NCBI GenBank assembly: GCA_965204875.1
Contig: OZ242020.1
Coordinates: forward strand, 104,992 to 168,991
Length of the DNA: 64,000 nt
Reading direction: 5' to 3'
Source of the DNA: Candidatus Aldehydirespirator sp.
GTDB taxonomy: Bacteria; Actinomycetota; Acidimicrobiia; Acidimicrobiales; Aldehydirespiratoraceae
Shown: positions 36,496 through 45,907 of the stretch, piece by piece
Position numbering within the stretch: the first letter of the stretch is position 1
Layout of the letters: each line of letters starts with the position of its first letter
Made by a program: the position numbers and the translations under genes
Notes under the pieces: generated by a model
Told to the model about the DNA's origin: nothing
The model's database searches: none
Seen by the model: the letters and a program-made list of their open reading frames with translations, nothing else

Positions 36496-37836
36496 ATGGT
36501 TGACCGGCGGGTGCGGCTGGTGGTGCTGTTCGGCGGTCGCTCCGCCGAGCATGCGGTCTCTTGCGTATCGGCCCGACACGTGATCGCCGCCGCCGACTCG
36601 GAGAAATACTTGGTCGAGCCGGTCGGCATCACCACCGACGGCACCTGGGTCCGGGCAGAGGCGGCGGCCGAGGCGCTGCAGGCGGGCACCTCCGAACTGC
36701 CTGAGCGACTGAGCGCGGCAGGCCCACCGGTCGATCCGCTCGCCGTGCTGGGCACCTCCGGAGCAACCGGCTCACCGGCCGTGCCGGGCGCCTCGGCAGC
36801 AGCCGATGTCGTCATCGGCGGGAAGCGGGCGCGTGCCCGGCACAGCGGCCCGACCGTCGTGGCGCCGATCCTGCACGGGCCCATGGGAGAGGACGGCACC
36901 GTCCAGGGCCTGCTCGATCTGGCCAGCGTCGCATATGTCGGCGCGGGCGTGCTGTCCTCGGCTCTGTGCATGGACAAGACGGCAGCCAAGACGATGCTCG
37001 CACAAGGCGGGATAGCACAGGTTCGCTGGCGCTCGCTCACCGTCGACGACCCCTCGGCAAGCAACGACGACCTCGCGAGCGACATCGAAGCCATCGTGGA
37101 GGATCTGGGACTGCCGGCCTTTGTGAAGCCCGCCCGCATGGGCTCCTCGGTCGGCGTGTCGCTGGCGCGCACCCGTGACGAGCTGGCCGACGGGCTGCGG
37201 GCTGCGGGCTGCTATGACCGTCTCGTCATCGTCGAGGAGCGCTCCCGCGGGCGCGAGATCGAGATCGCCGTGATCGGCAACGACGGCTACGAGGCGATCC
37301 TGCCGCCACCCAGCGACGCCACCGGCACCGACCGGATGCGGGACGACGACGGCTACGAGGCCAGCCTGCCGCCACCCAGCGACGCCACCGGCACCGATCA
37401 GGTCGAGGACGACGACGGCTACCAAGTGAGCCTGCCGGGCGAGATCGTCCCCGCTGCGGACTTCTACGACTATGACGACAAGTACGGCGACGGCGCCGAA
37501 CTCCATGTCCCCGCACCGCTCGCCAACACCGAGGTAGCCGAGGCGCAGCGCCTCGCCATGGCCGCCTGCCGGGCGCTGAGGGTGGAAGGCATGGCCCGCG
37601 TCGACTTCTTCTACGAGGACGGACGGAATGGCCGCGGCGACCGAGGCTGGCTGGTGAACGAGCTGAACACGATGCCGGGGTTCACCCCTATATCGATGTT
37701 CCCGAAGCTCTGGCATGCCGGCGGGCTCACCTATGGGGATCTGATCGACCGCCTGGTGGAACTGGCACTGCAGCGCCACGCCCGGCGGCAGCGCCACACC
37801 CGCACCGACCCCGGCACGACCCTTCCGGCGCTGTGA
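36496..37836 (+). CDS. ddl: D-alanine--D-alanine ligase carrying a 44-aa repeat insertion
   Basis: RLVVLFGGRSAEHAVS, the ATP-grasp core, FYDYDDKY and NELNTMPGFT motifs. The ATG at 36496 is preferred over the listed 36364. See the repeat at 37282..37413. Confidence 0.9.
   Translation: MVDRRVRLVVLFGGRSAEHAVSCVSARHVIAAADSEKYLVEPVGITTDGTWVRAEAAAEALQAGTSELPERLSAAGPPVDPLAVLGTSGATGSPAVPGASAAADVVIGGKRARARHSGPTVVAPILHGPMGEDGTVQGLLDLASVAYVGAGVLSSALCMDKTAAKTMLAQGGIAQVRWRSLTVDDPSASNDDLASDIEAIVEDLGLPAFVKPARMGSSVGVSLARTRDELADGLRAAGCYDRLVIVEERSRGREIEIAVIGNDGYEAILPPPSDATGTDRMRDDDGYEASLPPPSDATGTDQVEDDDGYQVSLPGEIVPAADFYDYDDKYGDGAELHVPAPLANTEVAEAQRLAMAACRALRVEGMARVDFFYEDGRNGRGDRGWLVNELNTMPGFTPISMFPKLWHAGGLTYGDLIDRLVELALQRHARRQRHTRTDPGTTLPAL
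37282..37413 (+). repeat. In-frame 2 x 66-bp tandem repeat inside ddl
   Basis: DGYEAILPPPSDATGTDRMRDD / DGYEASLPPPSDATGTDQVEDD precede the ancestral-looking DGYQVSLPGEIVPAADFYDY. Confidence 0.9.
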
Positions 37837-38030
37837 ACCACCGGTGGAGTTCGCCACCCCACAGAGCCCATGCGCCGGGTTGCGGCTCAAGCAGAGTGGA
37901 GGTCTCGATCTGTGAACCGCTCACAAGCCCGCGCTCGCCCGCGGTGACAGCGGCGCGCACACTTCTATACCCGCAGCGACAGGGTGCCCGTCAAACGTGC
38001 GATAGCGGCTGATCCGCTAGAACTAGCGGC

Positions 38031-40478
38031 GTGATCTCTGAGGCTCTGGCCGGCAAGCGCATCGCCATCACGGGCGCGACCGGCTTTCTGGGCACGGCGC
38101 TCACCGAGCGGCTGCTGCGCTGCGTGCCCGGCTGCGAGCTGGTGCTGATCGTGCGTCCAGGCCGCCGGGGCGCGGCCGAGCGGGTGCGCCGCGACGTGCT
38201 GCGCAACGACGCCTTCGGCCGCTTGCGCGCCGAGCTGTCGCAGCAGGGCGCTCAGGAGTCCTATGAGGAGATGACGGCACGGCGGGTCACGGCCGTCGCG
38301 GGCGATGTCAGCGTCGACGGGCTGGGGCTCGACGACGCCGGCCTGGCCGCGCTGGCCGCCTGCGACACGGTGATACACGCTGCGGCCACCGTCAACTTCG
38401 ACTCGGCCCTCGACGACGCGGTCGAGGTCAACCTGCTCGGCCCGACACGGGTGGCGGCGGCGCTCGCCGAGGCCGGCGCCAGAGCACACCTGATCTCGGT
38501 ATCGACCTGCTACGTGGCCGGCAGCCGCCGGGGCGCGGCCCCCGAGCAGCTCGTCGACGACTCGCCGTTCTTCACCGACGTGGACTGGCGCGACGAGGCG
38601 GCCGGCGCACGCCAGGCCCGCGCCGACGCCGAGCAGGCCAGCCGGAGCCCACAGCGCCTCGCCGCGCTGTCCGCTGAGGCCCGGCGAGAGCTCGGCGCGG
38701 CCGGCATCCCGGCGATTGCCCACAAGGTGGAGAGCCTGAGGCGGCGCTGGGTGGAGGAGCAGATGAGCAGCGCCGGCCGCGCCAGGGCCGCCAGCCTGGG
38801 CTTCCCCGACGCCTACGCCTTCACCAAGGCCCTCGGTGAGCGCGCCTTGGCCGAGACCCGCGGCGACACGCCGGTGAGCATCGTGCGGCCCTCCATCATC
38901 GAGTCCGCCCTGGCCGAGCCCTACCCGGGATGGATCCGCGGCTTCCGGATGGCCGAGCCGGTGATCGCCGCCTACGCCCGGGGCCTGCTCAAGGAGTTCC
39001 CCGGCGTGCCCGAGGGGATCATCGACGTGATCCCGGTGGACCTCGTCGTGGCCACCATCGCAGCGGTGGCGGCACGCGGCCCCGGCGGTCACCACTCCGG
39101 CAGTCACACCCCCCAGGGTCACGACTCCGGCAGTCACAGCCCCGGCGGCCACGACTCCGGCGGTCACGGCCCGGACGTCGTCCAGATCGCCAGCGGGGCC
39201 ATCAACCCGCTCAAGTACGGCCAACTCTTCGACCTCGTGAGCGGCTGGTTCACCGACCACCCCGTCTACGACGAGCACAACCAGCCGATCCGGGTGCCTC
39301 GCTGGTCGTTCCCCGGACGGGGGCGCGTGGCCCGGCAGCTCCAGCGGGCCCAGCGCTGCCTGGAGGCGGCCGACCGGGTGCTCTCGGTGCTGCCCCTGCG
39401 GGGCCGCCACGCGATGATGAGCGCCGGCCTCGACGAGCGCCGCCAGCAACTGGAGCGTGCCAGCGACTACGTGGAGCTGTACGGCGCCTACGCCGAGTGC
39501 GAGGCGATCTACGGGCTCGACCGCCTGATGGAGCTGTGGGAGTCCCTCGACGACATCGACCGGTCGACGTTCTGCTTCGACCCGCGCCGCGTGGACTGGG
39601 ACCGCTACGTGCACGAGATCCACCTGCCGTCGATGGTGGAGCAGGCCCGCCTGAAGATGGCGCCGGGCACGCGGCCCCCCGGGGGCGAGACCCGCTCGGG
39701 CAGGCTCCGGCGGCAGGTGCTCGCCCCCGAGCGCCACCTGGCCGTGTTCGACCTCGAGAACACGCTGATCGCGTCGAACGTGGTGGCCAGCTACGCCTGG
39801 CTCGCCACCCGCGAGCTGGACGACGCAGCCAGGGTGCGTTTCGCGGCCCGCACGCTGGCCGAGGCGCCCAGGCTGCTGGCGCTGGACCGCCGCGACCGCA
39901 GCGACTTCCTGCGCTACTTCTACCGCCGCTTCGCCGGCGCCGGAGTCGACCGCATGGACGCCGAGTGCGCCGAGATGCTCAGCGACCTGATCCTGGCCAG
40001 GTCCTTTCCCCAGGGCATCCGCCGGGTGCGCCGGCATCGAGCCGCCGGGCACACGACCCTGCTCATCACCGGCGCGCTGGACTTCGTGGTGGCGCCCCTG
40101 CGACCGCTCTTCGACCACATCGTGGCCGCGGAGATGGGAACCCGCGACGGCGCCTACGACGGCAGACTGCGCAGCGTGCCCCCCACCGGCGAGGCCCGCT
40201 ACCAGACTCTGGTCGATTTCGCCGCCGAGCGCGGCCTCGACCTCCGGGAGTCCGTCGCATACGCCGACAGCACGTCGGATCTGCCGATGCTCGAGGCCGT
40301 GGGCTTCCCGGTGGCGGTCAACCCCGAGACCAAGCTCGCAGCCCTGGCACGGCGGCGCGGCTGGCTCATCGAGCACTGGTCGACCAGCGCCGGAGCGCCG
40401 GCCAAGCTGCTGCCGATGGCGCCGCGGGACCGCCATCGCCACCGGCACGGGCGCGCCACGCTCACCAGGCTCGCCTGA
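38031..40478 (+). CDS. Fatty acyl-CoA/thioester reductase (NAD_binding_4-type) fused to a HAD-IB hydrolase domain
   Basis: N-terminal ITGATGFLGTALTERLL Rossmann motif and a FAR-like layout. The C-terminal part carries AVFDLENTLI (HAD motif I with Glu in place of the second Asp) and ADSTSDLPMLE (motif IV). Confidence 0.65.
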   Translation: MISEALAGKRIAITGATGFLGTALTERLLRCVPGCELVLIVRPGRRGAAERVRRDVLRNDAFGRLRAELSQQGAQESYEEMTARRVTAVAGDVSVDGLGLDDAGLAALAACDTVIHAAATVNFDSALDDAVEVNLLGPTRVAAALAEAGARAHLISVSTCYVAGSRRGAAPEQLVDDSPFFTDVDWRDEAAGARQARADAEQASRSPQRLAALSAEARRELGAAGIPAIAHKVESLRRRWVEEQMSSAGRARAASLGFPDAYAFTKALGERALAETRGDTPVSIVRPSIIESALAEPYPGWIRGFRMAEPVIAAYARGLLKEFPGVPEGIIDVIPVDLVVATIAAVAARGPGGHHSGSHTPQGHDSGSHSPGGHDSGGHGPDVVQIASGAINPLKYGQLFDLVSGWFTDHPVYDEHNQPIRVPRWSFPGRGRVARQLQRAQRCLEAADRVLSVLPLRGRHAMMSAGLDERRQQLERASDYVELYGAYAECEAIYGLDRLMELWESLDDIDRSTFCFDPRRVDWDRYVHEIHLPSMVEQARLKMAPGTRPPGGETRSGRLRRQVLAPERHLAVFDLENTLIASNVVASYAWLATRELDDAARVRFAARTLAEAPRLLALDRRDRSDFLRYFYRRFAGAGVDRMDAECAEMLSDLILARSFPQGIRRVRRHRAAGHTTLLITGALDFVVAPLRPLFDHIVAAEMGTRDGAYDGRLRSVPPTGEARYQTLVDFAAERGLDLRESVAYADSTSDLPMLEAVGFPVAVNPETKLAALARRRGWLIEHWSTSAGAPAKLLPMAPRDRHRHRHGRATLTRLA
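39087..39176 (+). repeat. In-frame 3 x 30-bp His/Gly/Ser-rich repeat inside the reductase gene
   Basis: GHHSGSHTPQ GHDSGSHSPG GHDSGGHGPD. Confidence 0.85.
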
Positions 40479-40533
40479 TGCACCGCAACCTCAACCATCG
40501 CGGGCGCGCCACGCTCGCCAGGCCCGCCTGATG
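40448..40533 (+). repeat. 53-bp tandem duplication of the reductase/LarA-like gene junction
   Basis: cgggcgcgccacgctc(a/g)ccaggc(t/c)cgcctgatg occurs twice, at 40448..40480 and 40501..40533. Confidence 0.9.
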
Positions 40534-42150
40534 GCGCCGGACCGCCGCCCGCACCGGGCGCCGCGACCCGGTCTCGTCGTCGAGGTGGACCGCTCCACGC
40601 CGCCGGTGCTGTTCCACCACGGCGAGGGGTTCCGCCTGGAGCGGCTGCCGCCGGGGCGCAGCCGCGTGATCTACCCCGCCGAGCCGCAGGCGGGCCTTTC
40701 CGACCCCGACGGGGCCATACGCGAGGCCCTGCTGAACCCGCTCGACGACGACCCGCTGCCTTCGCTGCTGCATCCGGGAATGCGCCTCACCATCGCCTTC
40801 GACGACGTGTCGCTGCCGCTGCCGCCCATGCGACGACCCGACATCCGCCAGCGCGTCGTCGAGCAGGTGCTCGACATGGCGGCCGCGGCCGGGGTCGACG
40901 ACGTGCACCTGATCGCGGCGCTGGCCCTGCACCGTCGCATGACCGAGGCCGAGCTGCGCCACGCCCTCGGCGACCGGGTCTATGAGGCGTTCGCCCCGCA
41001 CGGAGCCCTCTACAACCACGACGCCGAGGATCCCGACGGCATGGTGGAGCTGGGCCGCACCCCCCACGACGAGCTGGTCACCATGAACCGCCGGGCCGCG
41101 GAGAGCGACCTGCTGGTGTACGTGAACATCAACCTCGTCGCCATGGACGGCGGATGGAAGTCCACGGCCACGGGCCTGGCCGGATACAGCGCGCTGCGCC
41201 ACCATCACAACGTGGCGACCATGCAGCGGTCTCGCTCGTTCATGGACCGCCACCGCTCGGAGCTGCACCGCTCGAACTGGCGCCAGGGCGAGGTGATCAA
41301 GGCCCACGGCCCGCGCGTTTTCCAAATCGAGACCACCGTCAACAACAACACCTTCGGCCGCTCCGGCCCCCTGGCCGTGCTGCAGAAGCGGGAGTGGGAG
41401 TGGGGCGCGCGGGACCGGGCGTCGTTCATGGCGATGCAGGCCGGCCTGCGGGCCATGCCGGGCGCGGCCCGCCGCAGCCTCTTCGGCTCCTGGCTGGCCC
41501 CGTACGAGATGACCTCGGTGCAGGCCGGCGACGTCGAGGCCGTGCACGAGCGCACCACCTCACACGTGCTGTCACAGCATCTGGTGGCCGTCGAGGGCCA
41601 GACCGACGTGCTCACGATGGGGCTGCCCTACATCTGCCCCTACAACGTGAACTCGACCATGAACCCGATCCTGGTCATGTGCCTGGGCCTGGGGTACTTC
41701 TTCAACCTCTACCGGGGCCGGCCGCTGGTGCGCTCCGGCGGCGTGGTGATCATGAGCCATCCCACGCCCTGGGAGTTCCACCCGGTGCATCATCCGAGCT
41801 ACATCGACTTCTTCGAGCAGGTGCTGCCCGTCACCACCGACCCCGCCGAGATCGAGTCGAAGTTCGAGGAGCAGTTCGCCCGCGACGAGTGGTACATCCA
41901 CCTGTACCGCACCAGCTACGCCTATCACGGCGTCCACCCGTTCTACATGTGGTACTGGGGGGCGCACGCCCTGCAGTGGCTGGGCCGGGTGATCGTGGTG
42001 GGCGGCGACCCTGCGGCGGTGCGCAGGATGGGCTTCCAGCCCGCCTCCACCCTGCCGGACGCGCTGGAGATGGCCGGCGATGTGGTGGGACCGTCGCCCA
42101 CGATCACACACCTGCACAACCCGCCGATCCTCATGGCCGACGTAACGTGA
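40531..42150 (+). CDS. LarA-like (DUF2088, lactate-racemase N-terminal domain) protein
   Basis: The N-terminal region (LTIAFDDVSLPLP...VHLIAALALHRRMT...NINLVAMDGGWKS) resembles the DUF2088/LarA fold. This is judged by eye only. Confidence 0.5.
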   Translation: MAPDRRPHRAPRPGLVVEVDRSTPPVLFHHGEGFRLERLPPGRSRVIYPAEPQAGLSDPDGAIREALLNPLDDDPLPSLLHPGMRLTIAFDDVSLPLPPMRRPDIRQRVVEQVLDMAAAAGVDDVHLIAALALHRRMTEAELRHALGDRVYEAFAPHGALYNHDAEDPDGMVELGRTPHDELVTMNRRAAESDLLVYVNINLVAMDGGWKSTATGLAGYSALRHHHNVATMQRSRSFMDRHRSELHRSNWRQGEVIKAHGPRVFQIETTVNNNTFGRSGPLAVLQKREWEWGARDRASFMAMQAGLRAMPGAARRSLFGSWLAPYEMTSVQAGDVEAVHERTTSHVLSQHLVAVEGQTDVLTMGLPYICPYNVNSTMNPILVMCLGLGYFFNLYRGRPLVRSGGVVIMSHPTPWEFHPVHHPSYIDFFEQVLPVTTDPAEIESKFEEQFARDEWYIHLYRTSYAYHGVHPFYMWYWGAHALQWLGRVIVVGGDPAAVRRMGFQPASTLPDALEMAGDVVGPSPTITHLHNPPILMADVT

Positions 42151-42232
42151 CGCCGACTCGTCAGAACTCCGGCACCGAACCGGCACCGAGGTCGGAGCAT
42201 CGCTCCGGGACTCGCCCCGCCGACGTGAGCTG

Positions 42233-43186
42233 ATGGGCATCGCGCACGATCTGGGGCTGACCGGCCTGGGGCGGCGCCTGCCGTCGCCGGTTCGGGCATG
42301 GCGCGCCCGCTCGTTCCCGCTGCGGGCGCCGGCGCTGCCGCGCGGCGTCGAGTCCACCGAGGCGCCGCAGCGCACCGGCTCGGGCTTCGACACATCGTGG
42401 GCGCGCCGCTGGCCGGCTCGCATGTGCCGCGCCGCCATCGTGGAGGGGCCGATGCGGGCCATGGTCCAGGTGTTCGCCTCGCCTCGCCGCAACGGCATCG
42501 ACCGCCTCAGCGGCCTCGAGGGGCCGGTGATCTTCGTGTCCAACCACCACAGCCATATCGACACCCCCCTGCTGCTCACCTCGATCCCCGAGCCGTGGCG
42601 CCACCGCATGATGGTGGGCGCGGCGGCGGACTACTTCTTCGGCACGCGCACCGCAGGGGCGGCGGCCGCCCTCGTCATCGGCGCCATCCCCATCGAGCGC
42701 GCCCGCGTCGGGCGCCGCTCCGCCGACCTCGCGGCCGGCCTCATCGACGATGGCTGGAGCCTGCTGATCTACCCGGAGGGCGGCAGGAGCCCCGACGGCT
42801 GGGGGCAGCCGTTTCGGGGCGGCGCCGCCTACCTGGCGCTGCGCTGCGGCGTGCCGGTGGTGCCGATCTGCGTGCGCGGCACCGGCAACATCTTGAGCAA
42901 GGGCCGCCGGATGCCCAAGCCGGCGGAGGCGTCGGTGACCTTCGGCGTTCCCATGCGGCCCGAACCGGGTGAGCGGGCGCCCCGCTTCGCGGCCCGCATC
43001 GAGGCGGCAGTGGCGGCCCTGGCCGACGAGGCCGGCACCGACTGGTACTCGGCGCGCATGCGCGCCCACGCCGGCGCCGGCGGCACGCTGACCGGCCCCG
43101 CCGCCGGCGCCTGGCGCCGCCAGTGGGCCCTCGGCCAGCGCCCCCGCCGGCAGGCCCGCCCGCAACACCGCTGGCCCGCCCCCTAG
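42233..43186 (+). CDS. PlsC-type (lysophospholipid/glycerol-3-phosphate) acyltransferase
   Basis: HX4D motif NHHSHIDTPLL and the YPEGGRS motif. Confidence 0.8.
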   Translation: MGIAHDLGLTGLGRRLPSPVRAWRARSFPLRAPALPRGVESTEAPQRTGSGFDTSWARRWPARMCRAAIVEGPMRAMVQVFASPRRNGIDRLSGLEGPVIFVSNHHSHIDTPLLLTSIPEPWRHRMMVGAAADYFFGTRTAGAAAALVIGAIPIERARVGRRSADLAAGLIDDGWSLLIYPEGGRSPDGWGQPFRGGAAYLALRCGVPVVPICVRGTGNILSKGRRMPKPAEASVTFGVPMRPEPGERAPRFAARIEAAVAALADEAGTDWYSARMRAHAGAGGTLTGPAAGAWRRQWALGQRPRRQARPQHRWPAP

Positions 43187-43348
43187 CGCTCGCGGCGCTG
43201 CCCTCCTCCGCTTCACAGGCGATATCGGCACGGGCAGATCGCAGGCCATAACTGCGCCTGCCTGCCCGAAGCGCACCGGGCACTTCTGGCACGCACACGC
43301 CCCTTGAGCCCCCCTCTGAAGCGTCGGGATCGCTCGTAGGCTGAGTTC

Positions 43349-45637
43349 ATGGGCGCGTCATCCAGTACTCCGATAGGTGAGATCAGCCGCGTGTACGCCA
43401 CGCTGGACGAGCGGGTGGGACGGGCCCGCGAGAGCCTCGGGCGTCCCCTGACGCTGACCGAGAAGATCCTGGTCAACCACCTCGACGGCTCCGCCACCGG
43501 CGTGCCCGAGCGGAACGCCTACGTGGACCTGCGCCCCGACCGGGTGGCCATGCAGGACGCCACCGCGCAGATGGCCTGGCTGCAGTTCATGACCGCCGGG
43601 CTCGACGAGGTGCAGGCGCCCACCACCACCCACTGCGACCACCTGATCACCGCCCGCAGCGACGCCAGGCGCGACCTGCTCGCCGCGCTGTCGGGCAACG
43701 ACGAGGTGTACGAGTTCCTGCGCAGCGTGTGCGCCCGCTACGGCGCCGGGTTCTGGAAGCCCGGCTCGGGCATCATCCACCAGGTCGTGCTCGAGAACTA
43801 CGCCTACCCCGGCGGGATGATGATCGGCACCGACAGCCACACTCCCAACGCCGGCGGGCTGGCCATGATCGCGGTGGGCGTCGGCGGCGCGGACGCCGTG
43901 GACGTGATGACGGGATTCGGATGGAACGTGCGCTGGCCCAAGCTCATCGGCGTGCATCTCACGGGCCGCCTCAGCGGCTGGTCCGCCCCCAAGGACGTGA
44001 TCCTCAAGGTGGCCGACGTCCTCACCGTGGCGGGCGGCACGGGCGCCGTCGTCGAGTACTTCGGTGAGGGTGCCCGCTCGCTGAGCGCCACGGGCAAGGC
44101 CACCATCTGCAACATGGGCGCCGAGATCGGCGCCACCACCTCGATCTTCGACTACGACGAATCCATGGGCCGCTACCTGCGGGCGACGGGCCGCAGCGAG
44201 GCCGCCGACGCCGCCGACGCGGTGGGCCACCACCTGCGCGGCGATCCCGAGACCGAGCAAGACCCCGGACGCTTCTACGACCGGGTGGTGGAGATCGACC
44301 TCGACGCCCTCGGCCCCCACATCAACGGCCCGCACACGCCGGATCTGTCCCGGCCCGTCGCCGGCCTCGGCGGCGAGGCCCGCGAGCACGGCTGGCCGCT
44401 GGAGATCAGCGCCGCGCTCGTGGGCAGCTGCACCAACTCCTCCTACGAGGACATCACCAGGGCCGCCTCCATAGCACGCGACGCGGCCTCCAAGGGACTG
44501 CGGGCCCGCACCCGGCTGCTCGTGACACCCGGATCCGAGCAGATCCGCGCCACGATCACCCGGGACGGGCTGATGGCCGACCTCGAAGCGCTGGGCGCCA
44601 CCGTCCTGGCGAACGCCTGCGGGCCCTGCATCGGCCAGTGGGACCGCTCCGGCGAGGAGGGTCACGCCCCCGGCACGCCGAACGTGATCGTCACCTCATA
44701 CAACCGCAACTTCCCCAAGCGCAACGACGGCGACGCCGCCACCCTGGCCTTCGTCACCTCGCCCGAGACGGTGATCGCGCTGGCCCTCGCCGGGAGCCTC
44801 GACTTCGACCCGGCCCGCGGCACCCTGGCCAACGCCCGCGGCGAGGCGGTGACGCTGGCCGAGCCCGAGGGGATCGAGCTGCCCCCGGCTGGTTTCGATC
44901 CCGGCGCCGACCTGTTCGAGCCGCCGCCCGCGGACGGCACGGGCGTCGAGGTGTCGGTCTCGCCCGACTCGCAGCGCATCCAGCTGCTGCAGCCCTTCGC
45001 CCCCTGGGACGGGCGGGACTTCGAGGACCTGCCGGTGATCGCCAAGGCCCGCGGGAAGTGCACCACCGACCACATCTCCGCCGCCGGGCCGTGGCTGCGC
45101 TACCGGGGCCATCTCGAGAACATCTCCGGCAACCTCTACCTGGGCGTGGTCAACGCCTTCGACGGCTACGAGACGGGCCACGGACGCAACCAGCTCACCG
45201 GCCGGGTGCAGCCGCTGCCCGAGATCGCCCGCGACTATCACGCGGCAGGCCGGCGCTGGGTGTTCATCGGCGACTCCAACACCGGCGAGGGGTCCAGCCG
45301 CGAGCACGCCGCCATGGAGCCGCGCTACCGGGGCTGCGCGATGGCGCTGGCACGCAGCTTCGCGCGCATCCACGAGACCAACCTCAAGAAGCAGGGGGTC
45401 CTGGCGCTCACGTTCGCGGACCCCGCCGACTACGAGCGGATCGGCGAGAGCGACCGGATCGCCGTGCGGGGCCTGGCGGACCTGGCGCCCGGCCGACCTG
45501 TGAGGGTGGAGGTCACGCCGCCGGGCGCGGCGATGTGGTCCTTCGAGGGCCTGCACACGCTGAGCGGCGAGCAGATCGAGTGGTTCCACGCCGGCAGCGC
45601 CCTGAACATCATCTCGAACCGCGGCGCAGCCCGCTGA
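43349..45637 (+). CDS. acn: Aconitate hydratase (about 760 aa, mitochondrial-type architecture)
   Basis: LTLTEKILVNHL, DRVAMQDATAQMA, IGTDSHTPNAGG, SCTNSSYED and NACGPCIGQW cluster-ligand motifs. Confidence 0.9.
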   Translation: MGASSSTPIGEISRVYATLDERVGRARESLGRPLTLTEKILVNHLDGSATGVPERNAYVDLRPDRVAMQDATAQMAWLQFMTAGLDEVQAPTTTHCDHLITARSDARRDLLAALSGNDEVYEFLRSVCARYGAGFWKPGSGIIHQVVLENYAYPGGMMIGTDSHTPNAGGLAMIAVGVGGADAVDVMTGFGWNVRWPKLIGVHLTGRLSGWSAPKDVILKVADVLTVAGGTGAVVEYFGEGARSLSATGKATICNMGAEIGATTSIFDYDESMGRYLRATGRSEAADAADAVGHHLRGDPETEQDPGRFYDRVVEIDLDALGPHINGPHTPDLSRPVAGLGGEAREHGWPLEISAALVGSCTNSSYEDITRAASIARDAASKGLRARTRLLVTPGSEQIRATITRDGLMADLEALGATVLANACGPCIGQWDRSGEEGHAPGTPNVIVTSYNRNFPKRNDGDAATLAFVTSPETVIALALAGSLDFDPARGTLANARGEAVTLAEPEGIELPPAGFDPGADLFEPPPADGTGVEVSVSPDSQRIQLLQPFAPWDGRDFEDLPVIAKARGKCTTDHISAAGPWLRYRGHLENISGNLYLGVVNAFDGYETGHGRNQLTGRVQPLPEIARDYHAAGRRWVFIGDSNTGEGSSREHAAMEPRYRGCAMALARSFARIHETNLKKQGVLALTFADPADYERIGESDRIAVRGLADLAPGRPVRVEVTPPGAAMWSFEGLHTLSGEQIEWFHAGSALNIISNRGAAR

Positions 45638-45665
45638 ACGGCCTGCGAGCCGCCGCCAGAAAGGC

Positions 45666-45700
45666 TGAAGCGGCTGACCTGGGGGAGATCAGCCGCTTCA
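45666..45700 (+). terminator. 12-bp perfect hairpin after the aconitase gene
   Basis: TGAAGCGGCTGA, an 11-nt loop, then TCAGCCGCTTCA, 29 nt after the stop. There is no U-tract. Confidence 0.5.
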
Positions 45701-45907
45701 TCTGGCACTCGAGCCTCATTTTGAGAGGGGGGTTTGCCCGAGTGCGTTCGGTGCATCCTGCGCTGGAGGGAGCGCTCCGCAGTCCGAACACCGGTCAAGC
45801 TAACAGCCTCCGGAGCCGGAGCAAGCATCATCGCGACAGTTTGTATCGATACTTGCTATCGCTAGCTGCGATTGTGTCGGACCGCTGCGGCGATACCGTT
45901 GCCTGCG

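Noticed and set aside
37965-40448. 827-aa minus-strand ORF
   Set aside because: It is antisense to the reductase-HAD gene, which has the GATGFLG Rossmann motif and HAD motifs.
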